From Phaeosaccion multiseriatum (taxonomy: Eukaryota; Protista; Ochrophyta, other classes), in assembly GCA_965112735.1 (NCBI GenBank), contig CBCOSG010000002.1, positions 44,426-108,425 of the forward strand: a stretch of 64,000 bases of DNA, given 5' to 3'. Below, in pieces: positions 23,569-34,744 of the stretch (position 1 is its first letter; every line of letters starts with the position of its first letter). Made by a program: the position numbers and the translations under genes. Under the pieces are notes generated by a model. That model made no database searches and was not told where the DNA came from. It saw nothing but the letters and a program-made list of their open reading frames with translations.

Positions 23569-24300
23569 TTATTCTAGAGCTTCCGCAATATACGCCGCTG
23601 CTAGAGTCGAAAAAATTAAAGCTTGAATAGAACTTGCAAAAAGTCCTAAAGCCATAATAGGTAATGGAATAATTAAAGGAACAAGCATAGTTAACACTGA
23701 AACTGTTAATTCATCGGCTAAAATATTTCCAAATAACCGGAAACTTAATGATAGAGGTTTTGTAAAATCTTCTAAAATATTAATAGGTAAAAGAATTGGC
23801 GTTGGTTGTAAATAACGACCAAAATAACCTAAACTTTTTTTCTTAATACCGGCGTAAAAGTAAGCTCCAGATGTTAATAATGATAATGCAACAGTAGTAT
23901 TAATATCATTAGTGGGTGCTGCTAACTCGCCTTCTGGAAGTTCTATTAATTTCCAAGGCACTAAAGCACCAGACCAGTTACAACCAAGTACAAATAAAAA
24001 TAATGTTCCTACAAAAGGAAGCCATTCTTTGTAGTGACTATGCGGCAACTGACCCTCAGCAATCTCTAGAACAAATTCAACTATAAATTCCATAAAGTTT
24101 TGTAGTCCTTTAGGAACAAGTTCGACATTTTTTGTTCCTAGTAATGAAAGTAGTAAAAGTATTAAAATAACAAACCAACTGACTAAAAGTACTTGCCCGT
24201 GAAATGTAATTCCTTGAATTTCCCAATAAAAATGTTTTCCGACTTCTACTCCAGATAAAAAAATAATTGAATTCAAGTCTAAGTTTTGTGTAAGATTCAT
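23569..24300 (-). CDS. atpI: ATP synthase subunit a
   Basis: [21 protein letters not shown]. Confidence 0.99.
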   Translation of the reverse strand: MNLTQNLDLNSIIFLSGVEVGKHFYWEIQGITFHGQVLLVSWFVILILLLLSLLGTKNVELVPKGLQNFMEFIVEFVLEIAEGQLPHSHYKEWLPFVGTLFLFVLGCNWSGALVPWKLIELPEGELAAPTNDINTTVALSLLTSGAYFYAGIKKKSLGYFGRYLQPTPILLPINILEDFTKPLSLSFRLFGNILADELTVSVLTMLVPLIIPLPIMALGLFASSIQALIFSTLAAAYIAEALE

Positions 24301-24436
24301 GGTTAGATTTAATTAGATATTGAAATGGTACCTCATGCGAAAATATGCATATAGATATATTTAGTATAAATCATTTTGATATTTATGCATAGGGTTATAA
24401 ATACTATAGTATTTTTTTAGTAGTACTAAAAAATAA

Positions 24437-24769
24437 TCAATCCCAACCTTTTTTACTTTGACCTAAAACATAATTTGCAACATCTTCAATATCTGTATCA
24501 GCTAATCGTCCACCAAAAGCCGGCATAGCATTTTTACCGTTTGTTACTTGATATGTAATAGCATTAACACTATCCATACCATTTGTTTCTAAAGCTTCTT
24601 TTTTTAATGTTTTCTCAGGCATGATTACATTATTTCCACCAGCATGGCAAGCAGCACAATTTGCTGTAAAAATACGTTCACCATTCTCAACGTCAGCTGC
24701 ATGACTTTGGGTAGAAAAAACATTTAATGCGAATAAACAAATAAGCAAACTTGAAATATATTTTTTCAT
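24437..24769 (-). CDS. petJ: Cytochrome c6
   Basis: [17 protein letters not shown]. Confidence 0.98.
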   Translation of the reverse strand: MKKYISSLLICLFALNVFSTQSHAADVENGERIFTANCAACHAGGNNVIMPEKTLKKEALETNGMDSVNAITYQVTNGKNAMPAFGGRLADTDIEDVANYVLGQSKKGWD

Positions 24770-24871
24770 TACAAACTCAACTATGGTTAATTATAAATGG
24801 ACTCTAAAATTTTGACTCTAATTAAGAATCTAGCAGATATTTTAATTTTTAAAATTCTTTAATTCTATTAT

Positions 24872-25363
24872 TTAATAATAAATTTTACCACCACCCCATT
24901 TTTCTGAAGCAATTTTAGGTTGTAATAAAATATGTCCTGCAATAGCTTCTAAATCTTCTTCACTTAAAGAACGCATTTTTGGAAAAATATCAGCACTCTT
25001 AATACTAGGATGAATTTCAGCAATAGATTCTAAACCATCATAAGTAGTAGGATTTTTCATATAATCTACTAAAGATTCTATGTTATTACGAGCGGGTGTC
25101 GCTAGACTTAAAGCTTCAGGATCTAAACCTACGTTGGGGTTCGTTTTTGTAATACCACCAGTATGACAGATACCACAACTTGCATTAAATAAACGTTTAC
25201 CACGTTTCACTTGTTCTTGGCTTAAAACTAAAGTTTTTCCTTTAGAATCTACTGATACTGTTCTACTAGCTTCATCTAATTCGATTGCAACTGCATTAAA
25301 ATTAAAGACTCCGATAGTAAAAAAACAAAAAGACACAAGAAAGTAAAATACTTTTTTTAACAT
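24872..25363 (-). CDS. psbV: Cytochrome c550
   Basis: CGICH, KWGGGKIYY. Confidence 0.98.
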   Translation of the reverse strand: MLKKVFYFLVSFCFFTIGVFNFNAVAIELDEASRTVSVDSKGKTLVLSQEQVKRGKRLFNASCGICHTGGITKTNPNVGLDPEALSLATPARNNIESLVDYMKNPTTYDGLESIAEIHPSIKSADIFPKMRSLSEEDLEAIAGHILLQPKIASEKWGGGKIYY

Positions 25364-25437
25364 AATTTTTTTAACATAATTTTTTTATAAAGAGGAAACC
25401 AAGAAGATAAAGAATTTTACTTAGTTTAATTTTTTAA

Positions 25438-25746
25438 CTATTCTTTTTTTGTTTTTTTCAATTGTTCTTTAATCTTTTTACCTAATAAACCACGTAAACG
25501 TATATTCTCCCATCCTGCTGCTAAACTAAGACTTATAATTAGGACTTGACTAAATAATAATATAGGATCTAATCTCCACCCATGAATAATAAGAATACAG
25601 CTATAAATTAACCCTATAGTTGTAAAAAAAATATCTTCATCTCGCGATAATTCTGGTCTAATAATACGTATTAAATAAAGGAGCGTAACACCAATAACCA
25701 AAATACACCCTAATAATAAATTTGTGCCGAAACTTATATTAACCAT
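25438..25746 (-). CDS. ycf66: Ycf66
   Basis: RPELSRDEDIFF, GWRLDPILLFSQ, WENIRLR. Confidence 0.95.
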   Translation of the reverse strand: MVNISFGTNLLLGCILVIGVTLLYLIRIIRPELSRDEDIFFTTIGLIYSCILIIHGWRLDPILLFSQVLIISLSLAAGWENIRLRGLLGKKIKEQLKKTKKE

Positions 25747-25767
25747 AACCTTAAGTATTTTTTATTT

Positions 25768-25896
25768 CTACACTTCAGGCCCACGGACTAATTTATCTTT
25801 TGTAGCTACAAAAGATAATGCTAATGTAATTGGAACAATAACTACAAGTGTTCCAGCTACTAAACTAAATAAAAAGCTTGATAAAGATGGTGTCAT
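25768..25896 (-). CDS. psbX: Photosystem II protein X
   Basis: Manual translation [42 protein letters not shown]. Confidence 0.95.
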   Translation of the reverse strand: MTPSLSSFLFSLVAGTLVVIVPITLALSFVATKDKLVRGPEV

Positions 25897-26042
25897 AATT
25901 TTATTTAAAGAATAAAACTGGAATTAATATTTATAATTATTTAAGATAAATTTTAAAGAAGACTTGGGATACTACAGTAATATTATAATACAAATAATAA
26001 AAATTTTTTTTTTTATTAATAACGAAAATTTTAAGCTAGATA

Positions 26043-27791
26043 TTAGAGATTGTAAAATCTTAAATGCTCCGTATCAAATCTTAATTTTGCAACACCGACT
26101 GGACCATTTCTATGCTTTGCAATAATAATTTCTATAATATTTTTTTCAAGAGTTTGAGGATAATAATACTCGTCTCGGTATAACATCATAACTATATCAG
26201 CATCTTGTTCTATAGAATTATGAATTAAAATTTTATTAACAATATAATTTGCTAAACTATAAACTTTTAAATCATATAAATAGTTTAATTTAGAATATAA
26301 TAACATATTTACACTAACCCATGTAAAAGAGATTAATGTATAAAAACTTTCAGGAAGACTGAGTTTTAAAAAAATTTTATCTTTTCGAGTTAATTGATCA
26401 ACTCTTTTCCAACCTGTATTTGTTAAAATTTTATGATTACTACTTATTTTTAATTTCCATGTTAAATTTGTCTGAAGACGGTAAATTGGTTTATACCCAG
26501 TATGTTTAATTTTATTAATAACTGTAGGAATAATTTCTTTTCCATTCCACCCTAACACCATAATATTTTTTCTTTTTACCCAGAAATTTTTTTTTCTTTG
26601 TAAATAATTTTGTAAAATCAAACTAAAGCAACCACTTTCTCTTAAATCTGAAAGCAATGGACGTTTATTGATCCGACTTTCTACACCTCGACTTAATTGG
26701 GATAAAGCTAATATGGGTACATTTAAATCCCGGGCTAATTTTTTTAAAATCCTAGTAATCTGTGATAATTCTTGAGCACGGGTTTCATTCCGTTGTCCTG
26801 TTTCAAGCAATTGTAAATAATCAATAATAATTAACCCTAAATTTTTTGTATATTCTTGTTGTAATTGCTTCACTTTAAGAGATAATTCATAGACTAATGT
26901 ATTTGGTGTATCTTCAATATAAATAGATAACTTAGATAATTCTTTTATTATTAAATTTATTTTAACCCACTCATTTTTTGATAAGCGACCAGATCGTAGT
27001 CTTAAATTATTAATTCCAACTTCATTAGCTAATAAACGGTAAATGAGTTGTTCTTTACTCATTTCTAAACTAAAAAAAACTATATCAGTATTAAATTTTT
27101 TAGCCATATTTTTTGCCAAGCTTAAAGCAAAAGCTGTTTTTCCCATCGAAGGTCGGCCAGCTAAAATTATCATATCAGATTTTTGAAATCCTTGAATTAA
27201 ACTATCTAATTGTTCAAATCCTGATGTAAGTCCTGGGTATTTTTTTAATTTTAATTTATATTTAATTTCCACTAAAATTTCATTTAAACCTTGAGATAAC
27301 GTAATAAAATTATTACGTTGTTTTTTTTGAGCAATACTGGACAATTTCTGTTCAATAACCAAAAGACTATTGTTAAGTGGGGTACTTGTTAAAAATCCTA
27401 AATCAATAATTTCATATCCTAATTCAATTAATAATCTTCGTAAATATTTTTCATAAACTAAAGAAATATAGTCTTCTAGATAACTAATACTTATAACTTG
27501 ATTAACAAAATCCGCAATAATGGATAAATCCTCTATACAATTTACGAGGCCTTCATCTTGTAAACATGTCACTAGAGTAACATAGTCAATAATTTTATCT
27601 TTACCATATAAAGATAATGCTGTTTTATAAATAATTTGATGTGATATAATATAGAAAGCCTCTACTGGCAGATATTGACTAACCACTGATATAGAAGTAG
27701 AATTTATTAATATACTACCTAAAATTATTTTTTCGGCAAGAATGCTGTAGGGAAGTGCTTTTTTAGAGGAATCTAGTTCAGACCTGTTCAT
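26043..27791 (-). CDS. dnaB: Replicative DNA helicase DnaB containing a mini-intein
   Basis: AGRPSMGKT, IIIDYLQL, LSQLSR, DLRESG|intein|SIEQDAD. Confidence 0.97.
   Translation of the reverse strand: MNRSELDSSKKALPYSILAEKIILGSILINSTSISVVSQYLPVEAFYIISHQIIYKTALSLYGKDKIIDYVTLVTCLQDEGLVNCIEDLSIIADFVNQVISISYLEDYISLVYEKYLRRLLIELGYEIIDLGFLTSTPLNNSLLVIEQKLSSIAQKKQRNNFITLSQGLNEILVEIKYKLKLKKYPGLTSGFEQLDSLIQGFQKSDMIILAGRPSMGKTAFALSLAKNMAKKFNTDIVFFSLEMSKEQLIYRLLANEVGINNLRLRSGRLSKNEWVKINLIIKELSKLSIYIEDTPNTLVYELSLKVKQLQQEYTKNLGLIIIDYLQLLETGQRNETRAQELSQITRILKKLARDLNVPILALSQLSRGVESRINKRPLLSDLRESGCFSLILQNYLQRKKNFWVKRKNIMVLGWNGKEIIPTVINKIKHTGYKPIYRLQTNLTWKLKISSNHKILTNTGWKRVDQLTRKDKIFLKLSLPESFYTLISFTWVSVNMLLYSKLNYLYDLKVYSLANYIVNKILIHNSIEQDADIVMMLYRDEYYYPQTLEKNIIEIIIAKHRNGPVGVAKLRFDTEHLRFYNL
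26217..26630 (-). mobile_element. DnaB mini-intein, 138 aa, no homing endonuclease
   Basis: Starts with C (CFSL) after RESG, block B SSNHKILT-GWK, ends IHN followed by extein Ser (SIEQD). Confidence 0.93.
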
Positions 27792-27801
27792 TAATTATAT
27801 C

Positions 27802-28251
27802 TTACTTAGAAAGAACTTCTAATTTAATTTGGGCTGTAACTTTTGGGTGTAAAACAATATTTACTGGGTAAGTACCTAATTGTTTTATTGTAATAGGTAA
27901 AACTTTAAGAATATCTGGTATATCGCATTTTTCTTTTATGGCACCGATAATATGTTTATTAGTTACAGTACCAAAAATTTTATCACTTTTTCCCGAAGCT
28001 TTTTTTATTGAAAATTTTCCAAAATTCTCTATAATTTTTTTATGCGTAAGCGCTACTTCAAAATTTTTTAATTCTTTTTGCTTTAAATTTTCTATTCCAG
28101 TTGTTAATACTTTTAAGTTTGCTAATTTATTCGGGATTAGATAGTTTCTAACATACCCTGAATTGACTTTCAGGAGTTTCTCTGTTTGACCAAGTTTTTG
28201 AATATTTTGTAATAATATTATTTCTGTAAATTTTTTTGTTTTTTTTGTCAT
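27802..28251 (-). CDS. rpl9: 50S ribosomal protein L9
   Basis: VNSGYVRNYLIP, KIFGTVT, IKQLG, LHPKV. Confidence 0.94.
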   Translation of the reverse strand: MTKKTKKFTEIILLQNIQKLGQTEKLLKVNSGYVRNYLIPNKLANLKVLTTGIENLKQKELKNFEVALTHKKIIENFGKFSIKKASGKSDKIFGTVTNKHIIGAIKEKCDIPDILKVLPITIKQLGTYPVNIVLHPKVTAQIKLEVLSK

Positions 28252-28426
28252 TCGAAATTAATTCTAAGAGTATTTATTAATACTATGGATAAATATACAT
28301 AGCTAAAGTATACTTTAAATCAATTTACTCAGGAATGTCAAATATTAATTTAATTAAAAAAATTCGAAATTTAATTTTCTTTATTTTTAGGTTTTAGAAA
28401 ATATACATGTAATATAATATTGTTGT

Positions 28427-28448
28427 TATATATATATATATATATATA
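28427..28448. repeat. (TA)11 microsatellite
   Basis: Direct reading, in the rpl9/psb28 divergent spacer. Confidence 0.85.
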
Positions 28449-28498
28449 TTATTCTAAATAGAAAAAATTTAATTAGTAATAAGGAATAGAAAAAATTT

Positions 28499-28852
28499 AT
28501 GATCGCAAATATTCAATTTATCGAAGGTATAAATGAATTAGTTATCCCTGAAATTAAACTAACACGTTCACGAGATGGGAGTACTGGAACAGCCACTTTT
28601 ATTTTTGAAAATCCGAATATATTTAAGAAAAACACAACAAAAGAGGGTGAAATCGATGGGATGTATTTAGTTGATAAAGAAGGAATGATCAAAACAACTG
28701 ATGTTCAAGTTAAATTTATTAATGGAAGACCTACTTCATTAGAAGCGGTCTATATTATGAAAAGTCCTTCAAGTTGGGATAGATTTATAAGGTTTATGGA
28801 GAAATATAGTAAAGAGAATGAATTAACATTTGTACAACCTTTTAAAATTTAA
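28499..28852 (+). CDS. psb28: PSII assembly protein Psb28 (psbW)
   Basis: [29 protein letters not shown]. Confidence 0.97.
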   Translation: MIANIQFIEGINELVIPEIKLTRSRDGSTGTATFIFENPNIFKKNTTKEGEIDGMYLVDKEGMIKTTDVQVKFINGRPTSLEAVYIMKSPSSWDRFIRFMEKYSKENELTFVQPFKI

Positions 28853-28897
28853 ACTTTACTAAAAGTATTTAAGATAATTATTTATATTTACTAAATT

Positions 28898-31042
28898 ATG
28901 TATGTTTCCTTAAATTGGTTAAAAACCTTGATTAACATTAAGCAACTAACCTTACCTAACCTTTGCAATAGATTAACATTAGCTGGGTTTGAAATTGATA
29001 GTATAACTAAGAAAAAATTGCTTGATACTAATGACTATAGTTTAGATATTAGTATTACAGCAAATCGAGGAGATATGTTTAGTGTTTATGGAATCGCCAA
29101 AGAGATTAGACTATTATTCCAAACTGAACAAACCCAAATAATTTCTTCGTTTAGTCTTTGGCACTACTTTATTCAAAAAAATTATTTTATAACGTGTAGT
29201 TCACAAAATTTTTCTAAAAATAAGTTTTCAGGCTGTTCATTTTTCGGTTTATTAAATGGTATAACTACTAAACCTCTGGTATCCGCAAAATGGGTACAAA
29301 AACGTTTACTCACTGCTAATATATTTCCAACAAGTAGTATTATAGATATTACTAATGTAGTTTTATTAGAAACTGGCTATTTATTTACTGTTTATGACAA
29401 AAAAAAATTACAGAATGTAGTTAAAAATAAAGAACTCTTTTTTACAGTACAATGGTCGCGATCCCAGGTCTCATTTGATAATGTAAATAATGAAAAAATA
29501 AATTTAACAAAAAAAAATTTATTAGTTTTAGTAAATAAAATTCCAATTAAAGTTATTGGGTTAAACCAAATTTATAGTTCATTACCAGACCAATCAACTA
29601 AAGAAATTATTATTGAATGTAGTTTATTTAATCCGATCCAAATCCGTAAATCTACAAATAGTTTAGGATTTCGAACAGAAAGTTCACAGCGTTTAGAAAA
29701 AGATTTAACTTTGGTTGGGTTAGAGCGGGCCCTAATTCGATTAATTTATTTATTTTCTTCTCAGGGTATAAAATGTAATCCTGAGTTTCAAACTTCTTTA
29801 GTACATTTAAATTTGCATTCTTCATATAAAAATAAATTTTATATTCAACAGCAGAATAAAATAATCAAATTAAAATACAAAAGTATAAATCAAATTTTAG
29901 GCGAGATTAATAATACAAGTAAAATAACAAAAAAAACAATTTTTACAAGTCTAATTAATCTTAATTTTAAAATTTTGAAAAAGTCCCTGTCTAACTGCTA
30001 TATACTTATTCCTTTCTCACGTTATAATGATATAAACCAAGAAATCGATCTATTAGAAGAAATTGGTAGAAAAATTGGTTTTAATAAATTTATTTCAATT
30101 CTTCCACTTTCAAACTCCCCTGGTCAATTTTCTCAATTAGAAAAATTAAAACGCAGGTTTAGGGGATATTTATTAAACATAGGGTTAAATGAATTATTTC
30201 AATATACATTATGTAACAAACATATTAATTTCCAACCAACATTACAAAATCCTATTTTACGTGAAAGTAATGCTTTACGTTCTACGTTATTAGATGGATT
30301 ATTAAACCGCTTACAGTTTAACTTTTTTTCTAGAAAAAGTGTATTAGAAGGATTTGAGATAGGACGTACCTATTCCTATAGTCTTAAAAAAGATATAATA
30401 GAAAAAGAAATTCTTAGTGGAATTTTCGGAGGGCAAAGTTATAAGTCAAATTGGAATACTTTAGGAAAGGATTTAAATTGGTTTGAAGCCAAAGGATTAT
30501 TTGAAGAAATTTTTTGTAAACTTAATTTAAAAATTTATTGGGTATTAGACAAATCTAATTTATCACAAGTTTTCGACCCAGGAAAATTGGGACATTTATT
30601 TATTGAAAAAACATATATCGGGCTATTCGGACAGATCCACCCAATCTTAGCAAACAAAAAAAATTTAACAAATAAAATTTTTTTATTTGAGTTAAACCTA
30701 GAAATAATTGAACAATTTTGGCAACCACAAAAATTATTTTCATATAATTTCTATTCTATTTATCCTAGTTCTTCTATTGATTTATCAATTATTCTAAGCA
30801 AACAAATTTCTTTTAAAAGAATTCAAAATTTTATTTATGGCTTAAATCAACCTTTATTAAAAAAAATTTACCTATTTGATTTTTATTCAGGTTCCCCAAT
30901 TCCAAAAGGTTATCAAAGTTTTGGTTTTAAATTAAAATTTCAATCCCAAAATCGAACATTAACAAATTATGAAATTGATAAAGAAATTCAATTTATTAAA
31001 CAAAAATTAAAAAAAGAGTTTATTCTTATTTTTCGTTATTAA
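28898..31042 (+). CDS. syfB: Phenylalanyl-tRNA synthetase beta subunit
   Basis: VSLNWL, LTLAGFE, TANRGD, DLLEEIGR, LRSTLL, C-terminal anticodon-binding domain. Confidence 0.95.
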   Translation: MYVSLNWLKTLINIKQLTLPNLCNRLTLAGFEIDSITKKKLLDTNDYSLDISITANRGDMFSVYGIAKEIRLLFQTEQTQIISSFSLWHYFIQKNYFITCSSQNFSKNKFSGCSFFGLLNGITTKPLVSAKWVQKRLLTANIFPTSSIIDITNVVLLETGYLFTVYDKKKLQNVVKNKELFFTVQWSRSQVSFDNVNNEKINLTKKNLLVLVNKIPIKVIGLNQIYSSLPDQSTKEIIIECSLFNPIQIRKSTNSLGFRTESSQRLEKDLTLVGLERALIRLIYLFSSQGIKCNPEFQTSLVHLNLHSSYKNKFYIQQQNKIIKLKYKSINQILGEINNTSKITKKTIFTSLINLNFKILKKSLSNCYILIPFSRYNDINQEIDLLEEIGRKIGFNKFISILPLSNSPGQFSQLEKLKRRFRGYLLNIGLNELFQYTLCNKHINFQPTLQNPILRESNALRSTLLDGLLNRLQFNFFSRKSVLEGFEIGRTYSYSLKKDIIEKEILSGIFGGQSYKSNWNTLGKDLNWFEAKGLFEEIFCKLNLKIYWVLDKSNLSQVFDPGKLGHLFIEKTYIGLFGQIHPILANKKNLTNKIFLFELNLEIIEQFWQPQKLFSYNFYSIYPSSSIDLSIILSKQISFKRIQNFIYGLNQPLLKKIYLFDFYSGSPIPKGYQSFGFKLKFQSQNRTLTNYEIDKEIQFIKQKLKKEFILIFRY

Positions 31043-31062
31043 TCGTTATTAAAAAAGTTGTT

Positions 31063-31854
31063 ATGAATTACATTGATAAATATCGTCCAGACTATGGCTC
31101 ATCGCAATTTATTGAAATTTTAAAAAAATATAAATATAATCCTAAAATTGGTGATATTTTAATAGGTATAGTAATGGGTTTTGAACAAAAGCATATTATC
31201 TTAGATATTGGTCTACCTAAAATGGCTTTATTACCCTACACAGAAGTTAATATTAAAAAAGTACCACATCCAGAGCAACTTTTAAAACTTAACGATCTTA
31301 TTGAAGTAACTATTATAGTTTTTCAAACAAAACAATTCCTTGTGTCTTTAAAAAAAACTCATTATCTCTATTTATGGGAACGAATTAAACAAATGGACTA
31401 TGCTAGAAGCTCTATCTATGGAAAAAATGTAGAGTCAACGAGATATGGAAAAATTTTAGATTTTGAAGGGCTAAACGTGTTTGTTCCAAACTCCCACTTA
31501 CCAAGATACTATAGAAAAAAAGTTTATAAAAAAGAATTTTTACCTATAAAATTCATATATGTAAATACCAGAATAGAAAAATTATTGGTTAGTTCAAGAC
31601 TAGCTATATTACAAAAACAGAATTATCTATTAAACGTAGGGATGGTAAAAATAGGCTGTGTGAGTAAAGTTGTTTCTTTTGGTTTATTTATAAATATTCA
31701 TGGGATAAAATGTTTATTACATATTTCTGAAATTTCTAATAAACGAATAGTAAATATAAAAGATTCATATAGAAGAGGAATTCATATTAAAGTAAAAATT
31801 ATTTATTATAGTATTTCTCAAGGACGTGTAGCTCTTTCTAGTAAAAGACTTTAA
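31063..31854 (+). CDS. rps1: 30S ribosomal protein S1
   Basis: S1 repeats: FVPNSHL, FGLFINI, CLLHISEIS. Confidence 0.9.
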   Translation: MNYIDKYRPDYGSSQFIEILKKYKYNPKIGDILIGIVMGFEQKHIILDIGLPKMALLPYTEVNIKKVPHPEQLLKLNDLIEVTIIVFQTKQFLVSLKKTHYLYLWERIKQMDYARSSIYGKNVESTRYGKILDFEGLNVFVPNSHLPRYYRKKVYKKEFLPIKFIYVNTRIEKLLVSSRLAILQKQNYLLNVGMVKIGCVSKVVSFGLFINIHGIKCLLHISEISNKRIVNIKDSYRRGIHIKVKIIYYSISQGRVALSSKRL

Positions 31855-32078
31855 CCTCCACCTACAATTGTAATAACTTCGATTTCATCATTATTCCTTA
31901 TAGGAGTTATTGACCATTTATTATAAGTACAAAGTTGTTTATTGTGTTCAATTACAATTAAATTTTTATTATAATTAAATAATTTAATAACTTCTAATAT
32001 CGTGATTGGATAAACACTAGATATAGAATAAATTTCGTCGTTTAAAGCAAAGAAGGTTAATAAATTTTTTGTAAGCAT
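31851..32078 (-). CDS. thiS: Thiamine biosynthesis sulfur carrier ThiS
   Basis: C-terminal IEVITIVGGG. Confidence 0.93.
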   Translation of the reverse strand: MLTKNLLTFFALNDEIYSISSVYPITILEVIKLFNYNKNLIVIEHNKQLCTYNKWSITPIRNNDEIEVITIVGGG

Positions 32079-32153
32079 TAGTAATTGTATTATATTATTA
32101 TTTGTTCCAATATATTATACTCTTCTTAGTAGAGTACATAATATTCTACGTAA

Positions 32154-32227
32154 GGCGAATGTAGCCAAGTGGTTAAGGCATTGGGTTGTGATTCCAACAT
32201 TCGCGGGTTCAAGTCCCGTCTTTCGCC
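32154..32227 (+). tRNA. trnH: tRNA-His(GUG)
   Basis: Cloverleaf, anticodon loop TTGTGAT. Confidence 0.94.
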
Positions 32228-32472
32228 CCTATTCAATTTAAAGTTTAGATTTATTATATAGGAAATAATTATTAAATTTTTTTGAATACGGCATTATTGT
32301 CTTGTTTATTATGATAGTAATTGATTTCTTTAATATATGTTGTATTAAAAAACTTTACAAAATGGAAAAAGTATAATATACTATAGTATTGAAAACTCAT
32401 TTTCGAATTCTAAAAAAATTCTTCAAATCTTGAGCGTTTCTTATTTTTTTGTTACTAATAAGGAGAACTACA

Positions 32473-34722
32473 ATGAGCTCAAAAGGGCAAGCAACAAAAA
32501 TTAAAGTTTTAGTAGATCGTGATGCTGTTGAAACAAATTTTAAAAAATGGGCAGAACCAGGGCATTTCGCGAGAACCCTAGCTAAAGGTCCAAAGACAAC
32601 AACTTGGATTTGGAATCTGCATGCAGATGCACATGATTTTGATATTCAAACAAGTTCTTTAGAAGATGTTTCGAGAAAAATTTTTAGTGCACATTTTGGA
32701 CAACTGTCAATCATTTTTTTATGGTTAAGTGGAATGCATTTTCATGGCGCATATTTTTCCAACTATTTAGCCTGGCTAAATAACCCAACAACTATTAAGC
32801 CAAGTGCGCAAGTAGTTTGGCCTATTGTTGGACAAGAAATATTAAATGGAGATGTTGGAGGAAATTTCCAAGGTGTACAGATAACATCAGGATTCTTTCA
32901 ACTATGGCGTTCAGAAGGAATTACAAGTGAAATTGAATTATACTGGATCGCAATTGGAGCTTTAGTTATGTCCGGATTAATGCTATTCGGGGGCTGGTTT
33001 CATTACCACAAAGCAGCTCCTAAATTAGAATGGTTTCAAAATGCTGAATCTATGTTAAATCATCATTTATCTGGATTACTTGGGCTTGGTTGTTTATCAT
33101 GGGCTGGTCACCAAATCCATATTGCACTTCCAATTAATAAATTGTTAGATGCTGGAGTAGCCTCACAAGAAATTCCTTTACCTCATGAATTTTTAATTAA
33201 TAGAGAATTAATAGCACAACTATATCCAAGTTTTTATAAAGGGTTAGTTCCATTTTTCTCTGGTCATTGGAATGATTATTCAGATTTTCTAACGTTTAAA
33301 GGAGGATTAAATCCTATAACAGGTGGACTGTGGTTGAGTGATATTGCGCACCATCATCTGGCGTTAGCCGTATTATTTATTTTTGCTGGACATATGTACC
33401 GAACAAATTGGGGTATTGGTCACAGTATGAAAGAAATTTTAGAATCTCACAAAGGGCCTTTTACAGGTGATGGACACTTAGGGTTATATGAAATTTTAAC
33501 GACATCATGGCATGCTCAATTAGCTATTAATTTAGCTATGTTAGGTTCTTTAAGTATTATTGTTGCACATCATATGTATGCAATGCCGCCATATCCGTAT
33601 ATTGCTACAGATTATGCGACACAATTGTCTTTATTTACTCACCATATGTGGATTGGTGGATTTTGTGTTGTTGGTGGAGCTGCACACGGAGCTATTTTTA
33701 TGGTTCGTGATTATAACCCAGCCCAAAATTACAATAATCTATTAGATCGAGTAATTCGTCACCGAGACTCCATTATCTCTCATTTAAATTGGGTATGTAT
33801 ATTCTTAGGGTTTCATAGTTTTGGACTATACATTCATAATGATACAATGCGTGCTCTAGGTCGTTCACAAGATATGTTTTCTGATACTGCTCTACAATTA
33901 CAACCAATTTTTGCTCAATGGGTTCAAAATATTCATTTATTAGCTCCTGGAAATACAGCTCCTAATGCTTTAACAACAGCAAGTTATGTTTTTGGAGGAG
34001 ATATTGTTTCTATTGGATCCAAAATTGCTATCATGCCAATTAAACTGGGCACAGCAGATTTTTTAGTACATCATATTCATGCTTTTACTATTCATGTAAC
34101 TGTTTTGATATTATTAAAAGGTGTTCTTTATGCGCGAAGTTCTAAACTAATTCCGGATAAAGCAAATTTAGGTTTCCGTTTCCCATGTGATGGTCCTGGT
34201 CGTGGTGGTACATGTCAAGTTTCAGCTTGGGATCATGTCTTCTTAGGTTTATTCTGGATGTATAATTCATTATCAATAGTAATTTTTCACTTCAGTTGGA
34301 AAATGCAATCGGATGTTTGGGGTTCAGTTACTCCTACAGGAGTTGTTTCCCATATTACGGGTGGTAATTTTGCACAAAGTGCATTAACTATTAATGGATG
34401 GTTACGTGACTTTTTATGGTCACAAGCTTCACAAGTTATTCAATCATATGGATCTGCTTTATCAGCTTATGGTTTAATTTTCTTAGGAGCGCATTTTATT
34501 TGGGCATTTAGTCTTATGTTTTTATTCAGTGGTCGTGGCTATTGGCAAGAGCTTATTGAATCTATTGTGTGGGCACATAATAAATTAAAAGTTGCTCCGG
34601 CTATTCAACCTCGAGCATTAAGTATTACACAAGGTCGTGCAGTAGGTTTGGCACATTATTTATTAGGTGGTATTGGTACGACATGGGCATTCTTTTTAGC
34701 AAGAATTATTTCGGTAGGATAA
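32473..34722 (+). CDS. psaA: PSI P700 apoprotein A1
   Basis: [12 protein letters not shown]; ATG at 32473 preceded by AGGAG at 32461. Confidence 0.99.
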   Translation: MSSKGQATKIKVLVDRDAVETNFKKWAEPGHFARTLAKGPKTTTWIWNLHADAHDFDIQTSSLEDVSRKIFSAHFGQLSIIFLWLSGMHFHGAYFSNYLAWLNNPTTIKPSAQVVWPIVGQEILNGDVGGNFQGVQITSGFFQLWRSEGITSEIELYWIAIGALVMSGLMLFGGWFHYHKAAPKLEWFQNAESMLNHHLSGLLGLGCLSWAGHQIHIALPINKLLDAGVASQEIPLPHEFLINRELIAQLYPSFYKGLVPFFSGHWNDYSDFLTFKGGLNPITGGLWLSDIAHHHLALAVLFIFAGHMYRTNWGIGHSMKEILESHKGPFTGDGHLGLYEILTTSWHAQLAINLAMLGSLSIIVAHHMYAMPPYPYIATDYATQLSLFTHHMWIGGFCVVGGAAHGAIFMVRDYNPAQNYNNLLDRVIRHRDSIISHLNWVCIFLGFHSFGLYIHNDTMRALGRSQDMFSDTALQLQPIFAQWVQNIHLLAPGNTAPNALTTASYVFGGDIVSIGSKIAIMPIKLGTADFLVHHIHAFTIHVTVLILLKGVLYARSSKLIPDKANLGFRFPCDGPGRGGTCQVSAWDHVFLGLFWMYNSLSIVIFHFSWKMQSDVWGSVTPTGVVSHITGGNFAQSALTINGWLRDFLWSQASQVIQSYGSALSAYGLIFLGAHFIWAFSLMFLFSGRGYWQELIESIVWAHNKLKVAPAIQPRALSITQGRAVGLAHYLLGGIGTTWAFFLARIISVG

Positions 34723-34744
34723 AAATAAAAAGATAAAAATTATT

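Noticed and set aside
32449-32472. TTG-extended N-termini for psaA (and likewise psbB at 57879)
   Set aside because: Downstream ATGs at 32473 and 57930 have AGGAG sites and match conserved starts
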